Assembly: GCA_016875015.1 (NCBI GenBank)
Contig: VGSJ01000001.1
Coordinates: forward strand, 12,889 to 76,888
Source of the DNA: Deltaproteobacteria bacterium
GTDB taxonomy: Bacteria; Desulfobacterota; Desulfobaccia; Desulfobaccales; 0-14-0-80-60-11
Direction of reading: 5' to 3'
Length of the DNA: 64,000 bases
Below the pieces are notes generated by a model that was not told the origin of the DNA, did no database searches, and was given only the letters and a program-made list of their open reading frames with translations. Positions 54,673 to 63,877 of this stretch are shown piece after piece. Position numbers and translations under genes: made by a program. Numbering within the stretch: the stretch's first letter is position 1; every line of letters starts with the position of its first letter.

Positions 54673-54811
54673 GGCGCTTTCTCTACCGGCCCAAACGGTA
54701 AGGGGAATTGGGCCCAAACCCGGAAGATGAATGAAGTGAGAACCACAGGAATAAGAGGAAAGGGGCCGATGTCCGAAAATTCATCTCTTGAACCCAGAAA
54801 ATAAAGGCTGA

Positions 54812-55801
54812 TTATTTCCTTTGTTTCTGTTTGACGAGTTGCAGATCATTTGCAACCATCATCTCCACCAATTCGTCGAAACTCACGGTGGGCCTCCATC
54901 CCAGGACCCTGGCGGCCCTGGTGTAATCGCCCCGCAGAACATAGATCTCCGTGGGCCGGAAAAACCGCTCGTCGGTGACCACGTAATCCTGCCAGTTCAG
55001 GCCCGCCACCCGGAAGGCCGCTTCGGCAAAATCTCTCACCGAGTGTTCCTGGCCGGTGGCAACCACATAGTCGCCGGGGGCGTCCTGCTGCAGCATGAGG
55101 CGCATGGCCTGGACGTAATCACCCGCGAACCCCCAGTCTCTCCTGGCATCCAGGTTACCCAGGCGCAATTCTTTGGCCTCGCCGCATTTAATCCTGGCCA
55201 CCCCGTTGGTGATCTTTCGGGTCACAAACTCGAAGCCCCGGCGGGGGCTTTCGTGATTGAACAGGATCCCCGCAGAGGCATGGAGATTGTAGTTGCTGCG
55301 ATAATTGCGGGTCAGGTGCAAGCCTGCGACCTTTGAAATCCCATAGGGCGACCTGGGATTGAAGGCGGTTGATTCGTTCTGGGGCGTCTCGGTGGCATTA
55401 CCGAACATCTCGCTGGAGCCGGCAAAATAGAACCGACAAAGGGGCGCCGCTTCCTTCAGGGCCGACAGGACAAAATGGGTGCCGTTGATGTTGGTGTTAA
55501 TCGTGGAAAATTCGTCTTCGAAGGAATAACTCACAAAGCTTTGGGCCGCCAGATGATAGCACTCGTGGGGTTTCACCGCATCCACCACCTTGAAGATGCT
55601 GGGATAGCTTTCCATGGAAGCGGCATGCAATACCAGTCGGTCCAGAATATGTTTGATGCGCCACAGTCGGTGCTCCGGGTCCTCCAGGGCGATGCGCCGG
55701 ATCAGGCCGTGGACTTCGTAATCTTTCTCCAGGAGGAGTTCCGCCAGGTAGGAGCCGTCCTGGCCGGTGATCCCGGTAATGAGCGCTCGTCTCTTGGTCA
55801 T
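54812..55801 (-). CDS. gmd: GDP-mannose 4,6-dehydratase paralogue (short form)
   Basis: 329 aa. [57 protein letters not shown]. This is the second gmd-type gene in the window. Confidence 0.88.
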   Translation of the reverse strand: MTKRRALITGITGQDGSYLAELLLEKDYEVHGLIRRIALEDPEHRLWRIKHILDRLVLHAASMESYPSIFKVVDAVKPHECYHLAAQSFVSYSFEDEFSTINTNINGTHFVLSALKEAAPLCRFYFAGSSEMFGNATETPQNESTAFNPRSPYGISKVAGLHLTRNYRSNYNLHASAGILFNHESPRRGFEFVTRKITNGVARIKCGEAKELRLGNLDARRDWGFAGDYVQAMRLMLQQDAPGDYVVATGQEHSVRDFAEAAFRVAGLNWQDYVVTDERFFRPTEIYVLRGDYTRAARVLGWRPTVSFDELVEMMVANDLQLVKQKQRK

Positions 55802-55845
55802 AGGGTCCCTGCTCTAAATGGGGGCATTAAGAAAGTCCCATCTTT

Positions 55846-55957
55846 GATGGATTCGTAAAAAGTCAGAAAAGGCTCTATTTATGGAATTAGCTTTCAATAA
55901 AATCAATGAGTTACAACCAGGTTTTTTGAAAATTCTTACTTTTTACGGAACCATCAT
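55846..55957. mobile_element. MITE-like element, family B copy 2 (~112 bp)
   Basis: The left end GATGGATTCGTAAAAAGTC matches the reverse complement of the right end ACTTTTTACGGAACCATCAT. These are the same termini as the 8781-9076 element. Confidence 0.55.
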
Positions 55958-56264
55958 CTTTAACTCCTCTCCTCCAATGGGAGAGGGTTCGGCTCCGGAG
56001 AAATGTCGTCTTCTTTTCCATTCCGCGAATACATCCAGAGGTCGGCCCACCCTTGCGACTTCTTCCCCCCGCACCTGGCAAGGCGTTTGCGAGGAGCCTG
56101 GGGTTGTACCTCGGCTTTCAAGGCCAACCCAGTTAAAAACCCCGATCAGCCGACGATGAATTGGCGGTTAACAACCGGCAATTTTTTCGGAATCAGGCAA
56201 TCCCGTGGTTATTAATTTTCCCCTTCTTTGCCAAGCTATAAAATTTGTATTTGCAAGGACAGTG

Positions 56265-57230
56265 CTATTTTTGAATTCGCTTATAATAAAGATACATCTC
56301 ACTGCCGTTCCTATAAGTTTTTTTTAATCTCCATTCCTGTTCAGATTTATCTTTTATATAATTATAAACTAGTGCCGAGAGGGGATACAAAAATATTCCA
56401 ATGCTCAAAAATATATATTGTTTAATTCCAACCTTCGTTCTTTCTTTGAATTTTTTAACATAATTTGCTGGACGTATTAATATGTAAATTAAAATCAACC
56501 AAGCTCTTAATATTAACAATTTAAATTTCGAAATTAAATTCAAACCATCAACCGGATTTGTCATCCGCATTATATGCTCACGGTTACTAAGAATCCAATT
56601 GATAGCCCCATAATATTGGTGGGCATAATATTCTTTATTTAATATTAAATTATGGTGTTTTAACAATAGACTCATTTGTTCTGTATTTAATCTCCTAACA
56701 TGTCCCTCATCTTCAAAGAAAAATCTACCCTCTAAATCCTTATTGATCCCATTGCGAGTCAATAAGCATATTTTATGTTCGAAACTGCCACTATTGCCAC
56801 ATGGCAAAATATGTAAACAACTGGAAGATGGTTTCATAAAATTAACAATTTCTTCAATGACATTATTGATACTATAAACATGTTCTAATACGTGATGGGT
56901 GAATAGAAATTCAAATTTCTTGTTTTTAAAATTATTATCGGAAAGAACAAAAAAATTACAATCCGTATGACGTTCTGTGGCCCGGTCTATGGCGGTTGCA
57001 CTAATATCCGTTCCGTAAACCCGCCAATGGGGTAACGCTTTTTTGATGACCTCCGTAAATACTCCAGTCCCGCAACCAAAATCCAGTGCCTCTCCGGTAT
57101 CCGGCAAGTTCAAGTCTTTGATAATTTCCCAAACTCGTTGTTTTTTGGCGGGTTCCCATTCATCCATATAGCCTTTAGCATAACGCTTTTCGTAGAATTG
57201 GATAGATTCTTCTTGATTATAAAGGTCCAT
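56265..57230 (-). CDS. Class I SAM-dependent methyltransferase with hydrophobic C-terminal extension
   Basis: 321 aa. Motif I ALDFGCGTGVFTEV, and FEFLFTHHVLEHV. Extremely AT-rich gene. Confidence 0.8.
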   Translation of the reverse strand: MDLYNQEESIQFYEKRYAKGYMDEWEPAKKQRVWEIIKDLNLPDTGEALDFGCGTGVFTEVIKKALPHWRVYGTDISATAIDRATERHTDCNFFVLSDNNFKNKKFEFLFTHHVLEHVYSINNVIEEIVNFMKPSSSCLHILPCGNSGSFEHKICLLTRNGINKDLEGRFFFEDEGHVRRLNTEQMSLLLKHHNLILNKEYYAHQYYGAINWILSNREHIMRMTNPVDGLNLISKFKLLILRAWLILIYILIRPANYVKKFKERTKVGIKQYIFLSIGIFLYPLSALVYNYIKDKSEQEWRLKKTYRNGSEMYLYYKRIQK

Positions 57231-57336
57231 ATTATCGCCAGTTTTATTTATCTATAATTATAACCATAGGTGGGCATCGCCAAAACCTCCCCCACAGCTG
57301 ATGCCCTGCTCTCAGCCGGCAAGGTCAGGAGAAATC

Positions 57337-58119
57337 TTATTTCTTGAGGGCCAAGATGCCGAACCCCGTGGTGTACTTGTAGTAAAAATCGTCCTTGGGG
57401 GCCTGGGGGCTGCCTTCCCGTTTCAGGGCTTGACGGCGGCTCCAAAAGATCAGCCTGAGGAGCATCCCCCGAAGGCTGCCCCGCCGGGGCCAGGCCAGGG
57501 TGCCCCAATGGAGCATCAGGTCCCGGAGCATGTCCGACAGGACGCTGAAAAACCCCCCCTGTAATTCGATGGCGATCTGCTGAAATCCCAGAGAGTCCAG
57601 AGTGGTGCGCCAATACGAATCGGTATAGCGCCCGAAGTCGTCGGGGTCGCCATGAATGGGAATAAGAAAGGGCGCCGAAATAAGCAGGGTCCCCCCCGGC
57701 TTCAGCACCCGGTGGACTTCCTTCAGCACCTGCCTGGGTCTCGGGAGGTGTTCCAGCAGTTCCGCACAAATGACTGCGTCGAAGACCTTGTTCTTGAAGG
57801 GCAAGAGGGCCGCGTCGGCCTGGACGTCGGGGCGCTTGGCGGCGGAAAGATTGGCGTAACATGCCTGGAAATCATACTGCCCCAGATCAAAGCGGCCCCG
57901 CTTCAGGCTTTTGTTGCCGCCCAGGTCCAGAACCCGCCCCCCCGGGGACAGCCGGGGCGCCTGCCGGAAATAAAATTGATCGATAAAATGGCGCCGCAGG
58001 GAATAGTCCAGGGAGCGGATGAGGGCTTCAGGAATGTCAACTATCATATTTTGTTTCAACGGCGCCCTTCCATCAGTATAACCGGTTGCTATCCAGGCGT
58101 ATAGTAAAAACAAGATCAC
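57337..58119 (-). CDS. Class I SAM-dependent methyltransferase
   Basis: 260 aa. VLDLGGNKS, VFDAVICAELLEHLP, LKPGGTLLISAPF. Confidence 0.8.
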   Translation of the reverse strand: MILFLLYAWIATGYTDGRAPLKQNMIVDIPEALIRSLDYSLRRHFIDQFYFRQAPRLSPGGRVLDLGGNKSLKRGRFDLGQYDFQACYANLSAAKRPDVQADAALLPFKNKVFDAVICAELLEHLPRPRQVLKEVHRVLKPGGTLLISAPFLIPIHGDPDDFGRYTDSYWRTTLDSLGFQQIAIELQGGFFSVLSDMLRDLMLHWGTLAWPRRGSLRGMLLRLIFWSRRQALKREGSPQAPKDDFYYKYTTGFGILALKK

Positions 58120-58219
58120 GGCCGCCCGCCCCCCAGGCGAAACCTCGCCCCAGGCCCGCCAGGGTGAGGCGCCGCCAGCCCGGGTTTAGGAAGCCCTCTC
58201 TCCCGGTGACGGCCACGGC

Positions 58220-59266
58220 TTATGTCCCTCCAGCCTCACCGGCGGCCAAGTCCGGTTCACCCCGGGATGCCGGGTGGATTTTTCCGGTAAGCACTGCTTC
58301 ATATGCGGCGATCATCCTGACGCCCGAGGGAGCCTGGGCCAATACCTGCCGGTGGAGAGTAGCATATTGTTGTTGCGCCTGGCGCAGGGCGCGTACCGGA
58401 TCATCCCGGAAACTCACCCCGTAGCGCCGACCAAATTCCACGATGCCCCCGCCGTCCTCGTGATACACCAGGGGCAGACCGCACTGGGCCCCCTCTACGT
58501 GGTGCATGCCGCAGGGCTCCCAGAGGGAAGCGGTGAGATAGACGTGATTTTGCCTGAGCAGGTGGGCCAGCGCCCGGCCCCGGGTGGGGGGGTGGGTTGC
58601 CGTGACCTGCCACTTGATCTCCTGGGGCCAGCGCCCAATCACCATCAGGGCGCAGTCCCCCAACTCCCCGGAAGCAATGAGCCGGTCCACTTCCTGATAG
58701 ACCCGGAAGCCTTTGTTCCAGTTATCCGACCAGTGATGGGTGACGATTTTGAACCGGGAGCCGGGCCGGTAGTCATGGGCCGGGGCCGGGTAAAACAACT
58801 CTGGGTCGGCGCCGTTCTGGATCACGTCATGAGGCCATCGGGGGTCAAACCAGCGGGCGATAAAATAGTCCCTCAGCCAATGTGAGATAAATACGGTGTA
58901 ATCAGCCACCACGTTGGCCCGGCGCAAGATCTCGTCCATTTCAGCCGTGTTTTTCCGCAGATCACATTCATTGATCCGGTGTACGCAAAACACCTGGGGG
59001 TGGGCGGCTTTGAAGGCGCTAATCTCCGACACGCCAAACGTGGTGGTGTCTGCGGGACGGGGGTCGACGAGTAAAATGGCCGTTACCCCCGGCTCCAGGC
59101 GAAAGGTGACGCGATGCCCCCGGTCCTGCAGATGGGCCACCAGTTGCTCCAGCACCTGGTTGCCGCCTCCCCAGGGCGACCTCTTGGGCTTGTAGCTCAA
59201 GGCAATTTTGTGCCCGCTGGATTTTAACAGCCCTTTGATGAATCGGGGAATTTGCTTCAGGGTCAT
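58220..59266 (-). CDS. GT-B-fold glycosyltransferase (GT4-like), adjacent to the SqdB-like gene
   Basis: ATG 59266 (MTLKQIPRF...); the track start is an upstream TTG (59302). SLWEPCGMHHVEGAQCGLPLVYHEDGG is an E-x7-E-like motif. Confidence 0.65.
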   Translation of the reverse strand: MTLKQIPRFIKGLLKSSGHKIALSYKPKRSPWGGGNQVLEQLVAHLQDRGHRVTFRLEPGVTAILLVDPRPADTTTFGVSEISAFKAAHPQVFCVHRINECDLRKNTAEMDEILRRANVVADYTVFISHWLRDYFIARWFDPRWPHDVIQNGADPELFYPAPAHDYRPGSRFKIVTHHWSDNWNKGFRVYQEVDRLIASGELGDCALMVIGRWPQEIKWQVTATHPPTRGRALAHLLRQNHVYLTASLWEPCGMHHVEGAQCGLPLVYHEDGGGIVEFGRRYGVSFRDDPVRALRQAQQQYATLHRQVLAQAPSGVRMIAAYEAVLTGKIHPASRGEPDLAAGEAGGT

Positions 59267-59514
59267 GTGGTGGGCGCCCTGACCTGACGCGGGGTCTGGC
59301 AAATGCCGCCTTGGCGTTGACTATGAAGCTGGCTCGGTCACCTTCAGCCGCGGGTAAGGGGTTCTCGCCTGAAATTATACGCCAACCCGGCCGCCTTTAC
59401 CCAAAAATAGTTTTGGGAACTTCTTTGCCAAGCCCAACATTGCAGTTCTTGAGACCGAATCACTGAGATTATAGCACAAATTTAGTTCAAAAAGTACGGT
59501 TCACTTCACCCAGA

Positions 59515-60660
59515 CTACCACCGAACCTGAGGAAAAATCAACTCAGGCTGAATCTGGTCCCGATATTTTTGCACCAGTTGGACCATCCTGCAGAGGGTGG
59601 CTTCATCCAGATAGTGGGGTTTAAGCCCCAGGGACAAGAGGCCAGTCTGCGCCGGGTTATAGTAGTGCTCCTCGGCTTCCCGCCGGGGGTTGGGGAGGTG
59701 CTGGACCTCCACCCTGAGGTCCAGAGCCCGGCCGGCGTCCTGAACTTTCCGGGCCAGGTCGTTCACCGAAAAGGTCTCCACAAACTGGTTGAACACCTGG
59801 TATTCCCCCGGCGCCGGGGGGTGCAGCAAGGCCAGTTCCACGCAGGCCAGGGTGTCCTGAATATTCAGGTAGCCCCGGGTCTGGCCGCCCTGGCCGTAAA
59901 CCGTCAGGGGGACCCCGGCCACCGCCTGCACCAGGAAACGGTTGAGGACAGTGCCGAAGACGTCATCGTAATTGAACATGGGCAGCAGGCGCTCGTCTTC
60001 GGCGGATTCCCCGGTGGTCAAGCCGTACACCGGGCCCTGGTTGAGATCGGTGACCCGGATGGGCCACATGCGGCAATAAAAGTACAGGAGGTCGCCGTCC
60101 TGGGCCTTGGTCAAATGATAGAGGGAGCCGGGGGTCTTGGGATAGAGGAACCGGTGCCGCCGTCCCTTATGTTCCACCTCCAGATAACCTTCTTCAATGT
60201 CGATATTGGGGGTGCCATACACCCCCATGGTTCCCAGCTTGACGATGTGGCAAGCCGGGTTGCACTCCTTGACGGCAAAAATCAGGTTGGTGGTGGACAC
60301 CAGGTTGTTGGTGAGAGTGAAGACGGCCTGGCGGTGCCCCATCATGGAATAGGGTGCGGCAGGCTGTTCGGCGTAATGCACCACCGCGTCCGGCTCAAAC
60401 TCCCGGAAGACCTGGAGGAGAAAGGGATAGTCGCAGACATCCCCGATGTGCACCGTCAAGCGGTGGCCGCTGACCCGCTCCCATAGAGTCGCCCGCCGGT
60501 TCAGATTGGGCAGGGCTATCAGGGGTTCCCGGTTCAATTCGATGCAGGCCCGGCGCCTAAAATAATTGTCCACCACCGCCACTTCGTGGCCCCGCCGGGA
60601 CAGGTACATGGCGGTGGGCCACCCCAGGTAGCCGTCTCCGCCCAGGATCAGGATGCGCAT
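59515..60660 (-). CDS. sqdB: UDP-sulfoquinovose synthase-like SDR (SQD1/SqdB/Agl3 family)
   Basis: 381 aa. Long blocks match my recollection of SQD1: ILGGDGYLGWPTAMYLS, VHYAEQPAAPYSM, HIVKLGTMGVYGTPNIDIEEGY, YPKTPGSLYHLTKAQD, RVTDLNQGPVYG. Confidence 0.8.
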   Translation of the reverse strand: MRILILGGDGYLGWPTAMYLSRRGHEVAVVDNYFRRRACIELNREPLIALPNLNRRATLWERVSGHRLTVHIGDVCDYPFLLQVFREFEPDAVVHYAEQPAAPYSMMGHRQAVFTLTNNLVSTTNLIFAVKECNPACHIVKLGTMGVYGTPNIDIEEGYLEVEHKGRRHRFLYPKTPGSLYHLTKAQDGDLLYFYCRMWPIRVTDLNQGPVYGLTTGESAEDERLLPMFNYDDVFGTVLNRFLVQAVAGVPLTVYGQGGQTRGYLNIQDTLACVELALLHPPAPGEYQVFNQFVETFSVNDLARKVQDAGRALDLRVEVQHLPNPRREAEEHYYNPAQTGLLSLGLKPHYLDEATLCRMVQLVQKYRDQIQPELIFPQVRW

Positions 60661-61736
60661 GAACGGACCTTTAAATCAGGGAAACGCCGCAGGACTTCCT
60701 GGGGCAGCAGCCGGTGTTCCAGGAGGAATTGTCGCAGCTCCTCCGGGGTCAGGGGCTCCGTTTGGGCCGAATTATAGGGTTGGGTCAGGGGGGAGCCGGT
60801 GGCCGCGCCGGGATATTGATAGTCAATCTCGTGGTAGATGGCCCGGAAGGCCGGCAGCACCACGTAAAGTTCCGCCAGTTCCACGCCGCGCCCCGTCTCA
60901 TCCTGGCTCACCAGCTCTTCATAGATCTTTTCCCCGGGTTTGGCCCCGATGATGCTGATCTCTACGGCAGCCGGGTCGTGGCCATAGGCGGGGGCCAGCA
61001 GGTCGATCATCACCCGGGCCAGATCCGGGATGCGGATGGCATCCATCTTGGTAACCATTACTTCGCCGCCGCGGGCCAGCCCGGCGCTCGAAAGGACCAG
61101 AAGGGCGGCGCGGTCGAGCGACATGATGAACCGGGTCATATTGGGGTCCGTCACCGTCACCGGCCCGCCGGCTTTGATCTGCTGGGCGAACACCTCAAAG
61201 ACCGACCCCCGGGAGCCCAGGACGTTGCCGAATCGGACGCTGGAGAAGCGTTGGGCGGAGTTGGCCCGCACGACATTGGCCGCGGTGATCAAACGCTCCC
61301 CCATAAGTTTGGAAGTGCCCATGACGCTGGTGGGATTCACCGCCTTGTCGCTGCTGGTAAAGATCACCAGCTTGACGTTATGGCGGATGGCCGCCTCAAT
61401 AACGTTCTTCACTCCCAGAATATTGGTCTGCACCGCCTCGAAGGGGTTGTATTCGGAAAAAAATACGTGCTTGAAAGCGGCGCAGTGCAAAATAACGTCA
61501 CATCCCCGGGCCACGGTGGCCACCTTCTGGGCATCCCGCACATCCCCCAGGAAGGCGTGGACCTGGGGGTGCCGGGGGGAGAGCTGCTGGTGCATCAAGA
61601 ACAGCCCGCTCTCATTGTTGTCGAACAGGCGCACCTGAGCCGGCAACCGCCCCAGCAATTGCCCCACCAGTTCCTGGCCCACGGAGCCGCAAGCGCCGGT
61701 GACCATCACCACCTGGTCGCAAAAGAAATCTGGCAT
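60648..61736 (-). CDS. Polysaccharide biosynthesis protein CapD/PseB-like (Polysacc_synt_2 nucleotide-sugar 4,6-dehydratase/epimerase)
   Basis: 362 aa. VMVTGACGSVGQELVGQLL, TSSDKAVNPTSVMGTSK, RFGNVLGSRGSV. Confidence 0.88.
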   Translation of the reverse strand: MPDFFCDQVVMVTGACGSVGQELVGQLLGRLPAQVRLFDNNESGLFLMHQQLSPRHPQVHAFLGDVRDAQKVATVARGCDVILHCAAFKHVFFSEYNPFEAVQTNILGVKNVIEAAIRHNVKLVIFTSSDKAVNPTSVMGTSKLMGERLITAANVVRANSAQRFSSVRFGNVLGSRGSVFEVFAQQIKAGGPVTVTDPNMTRFIMSLDRAALLVLSSAGLARGGEVMVTKMDAIRIPDLARVMIDLLAPAYGHDPAAVEISIIGAKPGEKIYEELVSQDETGRGVELAELYVVLPAFRAIYHEIDYQYPGAATGSPLTQPYNSAQTEPLTPEELRQFLLEHRLLPQEVLRRFPDLKVRSCAS

Positions 61737-61746
61737 GGCTTCACCT

Positions 61747-63840
61747 CTAAACCGTCACGGTGCGGGACTCCGTCGTGGCGTGAGTAAGATTTTCGATAGT
61801 ATTGCCCTTAATTGCCGCCACTTTCCGATACATTTTTTTAACATGAAGGCGCGATAAAATTCTGCCAATCCCCACAATACTCATACCGAATTCTTGTCGG
61901 TGAAAGTTAATGACCTCTTTTTGTTGATTATCATGATAAAATCTTAAAGTAATTGGCTTGATCAGCTTCCAATCCGCCGGTTTGCCGTTAAGATCACCCG
62001 ACTCTGCAGAAATCAAGTCATATTGAAACATATCTTCATACACAAGATCGCATTCCAAGAGATTTATTTTCTTATAAAGACTATATGTTATAAATTCATC
62101 TAAGAATACTAAAATCTCATCTTTATCATAAAATTGTTTTTCGCTTATTATATCTTTGGCTGCTTGAAGCCCTACTTCATGAATTTCTCCCATAAATTTT
62201 ATAAAAGAAAGGGCTTTGTATTTAAAAATGAGGTTACTACCAAGTTCCCCGTCTATATATTTTTGGATTATTGCCTCGTCTTTGGCATATTCTAATAATA
62301 AATTTTCTGATTCCCACAGTTCTCCACTGGTTTCTTTTAGAAAATCTTTATATGCTCCTGACAATAATTCCGGCAATCCATCTCTTAGGTCGTGAACTAT
62401 TTTAAGAAATTCATAAGGTGTGATGCCATATTTAGCCATGAATAACAATAATTCCGATAAAATCCCGTCGTTGTAAAAAATTTCTATTGTCAAGGCAAAC
62501 AGCCGGCATTCCAGGTAATCTTCAAAAGTTAAGGTATTGTTAGCCACACATACTTTTTCAGTCTCAACTGATAACAATTTGGTTCCGCCAAATTCATAAA
62601 CGCCAAAACATCGGGGGAGTACTCTATATTTTGATACCAAACCATATCTGGATATCGTTTCTTCTGAATCAAGTTCAGTTCCTTCCAGCAACATAAGTGT
62701 GAAGCACCTGATATAATTGAGATTTGCATTGATGACGTCTTCTATACTCTTAAAATGAGATCTCTTGTTGTCTCCCGGCAAGGCAAGTATGATTTCTGCA
62801 TAAGTATTGCTGCCAATTGCGGTAGCCATTTTGGCCAGATCGATTATGGTTTTAGGGGAGATATTCTGTCTTTTGATGTTTTTCAAAACATCGGGGTCCG
62901 TTGACTGCACCGAGGCCGAAAGACGAAAAAGACCCCCGGTAATTCTGGCCGCCTCCAAAACCCGTTCCTTGGCATTCTTCCCCGTGGCCACATGAATATA
63001 ATCGGGAAAGCCATGGGTTTCCTTGATCTTGGCAATACCCTGAGAAATCAGCAGATCTTGCTGGTACATGCCAAAATTAGAATCCGCAATAAACATATTT
63101 TTGTTGCCTTTAATATGTTGAGCAATATATTTAAGTTCCTCTACAACGTGATCGGGGTTTCTAAAGGACACCTTATTAAAATACTTATCGCTTTCTGAAC
63201 AAAATATGCATGAAAAAGGGCAACCACGGTTTGTTTGAATCAACGGCATTAATTGGCCGTCGAAAAATCCATCGAGAAGGCCGGTGGTATAGGGAGAAGG
63301 AACCTCGTCAAGTTCAATGCGCGCATTACTGTTCTGGAACTGAAAATCACCATTAATTAAAAAATGGCAATTATGCAAACTTGATAGTTTGGTTTTTTCG
63401 ATATTTAATTTATTAGCCAGCAAAGCTTTTAATAATGATAAAAACCATGCTTCCCCCTCTCGATAAACATAAAAATCAATATTGTTCCTTTGCTTTAAAA
63501 ATGATTCCTGTCCGATAACGTTGTTTGGATAATTCGGACCTCCAAATACCACTACAATATTTGGGTAAATTTTCTTGATATGAGAGGCTATAGAGTAACT
63601 TAAATCAAGATTCCAGACATAATTGCTGAAACCTATAATATGCGGCGGTTTGATAAGAAAACTGTTTATTAATTCTTCAGGATACTTAAACAACCGAATA
63701 TGGATCAATTCTCCTAAATGCTTTTTGGCATAGGAAGCTATTGATCCTATTGCCAGGGGGATGGTATTGCTGGCAACAGTCTGTTTGGTATGGGTCAGAT
63801 CGCAGACCCATACATCATAAGGAGGCTGGGGAACTTCCAT
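61747..63840 (-). CDS. B12-binding (class B) radical SAM enzyme
   Basis: 697 aa. N-terminal cobalamin-binding-type region (IVVVFGGPNYP), radical SAM motif NRGCPFSCIFCSE (CxxxCxxC), and a long C-terminal extension. AT-rich gene. Confidence 0.85.
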   Translation of the reverse strand: MEVPQPPYDVWVCDLTHTKQTVASNTIPLAIGSIASYAKKHLGELIHIRLFKYPEELINSFLIKPPHIIGFSNYVWNLDLSYSIASHIKKIYPNIVVVFGGPNYPNNVIGQESFLKQRNNIDFYVYREGEAWFLSLLKALLANKLNIEKTKLSSLHNCHFLINGDFQFQNSNARIELDEVPSPYTTGLLDGFFDGQLMPLIQTNRGCPFSCIFCSESDKYFNKVSFRNPDHVVEELKYIAQHIKGNKNMFIADSNFGMYQQDLLISQGIAKIKETHGFPDYIHVATGKNAKERVLEAARITGGLFRLSASVQSTDPDVLKNIKRQNISPKTIIDLAKMATAIGSNTYAEIILALPGDNKRSHFKSIEDVINANLNYIRCFTLMLLEGTELDSEETISRYGLVSKYRVLPRCFGVYEFGGTKLLSVETEKVCVANNTLTFEDYLECRLFALTIEIFYNDGILSELLLFMAKYGITPYEFLKIVHDLRDGLPELLSGAYKDFLKETSGELWESENLLLEYAKDEAIIQKYIDGELGSNLIFKYKALSFIKFMGEIHEVGLQAAKDIISEKQFYDKDEILVFLDEFITYSLYKKINLLECDLVYEDMFQYDLISAESGDLNGKPADWKLIKPITLRFYHDNQQKEVINFHRQEFGMSIVGIGRILSRLHVKKMYRKVAAIKGNTIENLTHATTESRTVTV

Positions 63841-63877
63841 CTGGTTTTCCTTAAAGCCAAGGTGTGTTCGAATAGAG

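Noticed and set aside
55881-56215. 92-aa and 70-aa plus-strand ORFs in the 463-bp gap between gmd paralogue and methyltransferase
   Set aside because: They run through the family B repeat and a hairpin, have no RBS and lie opposite to the operon direction. The GC-rich stretch ~56000-56200 may be a relic of a lost gene, but I could not recognise any reading frame.
57248-57862. 204-aa minus-strand ORF overlapping the 57337-58119 methyltransferase in another frame
   Set aside because: The translation is Pro/Gly/Arg/Ala-rich without motifs. The overlapping frame encodes a clear class I methyltransferase.
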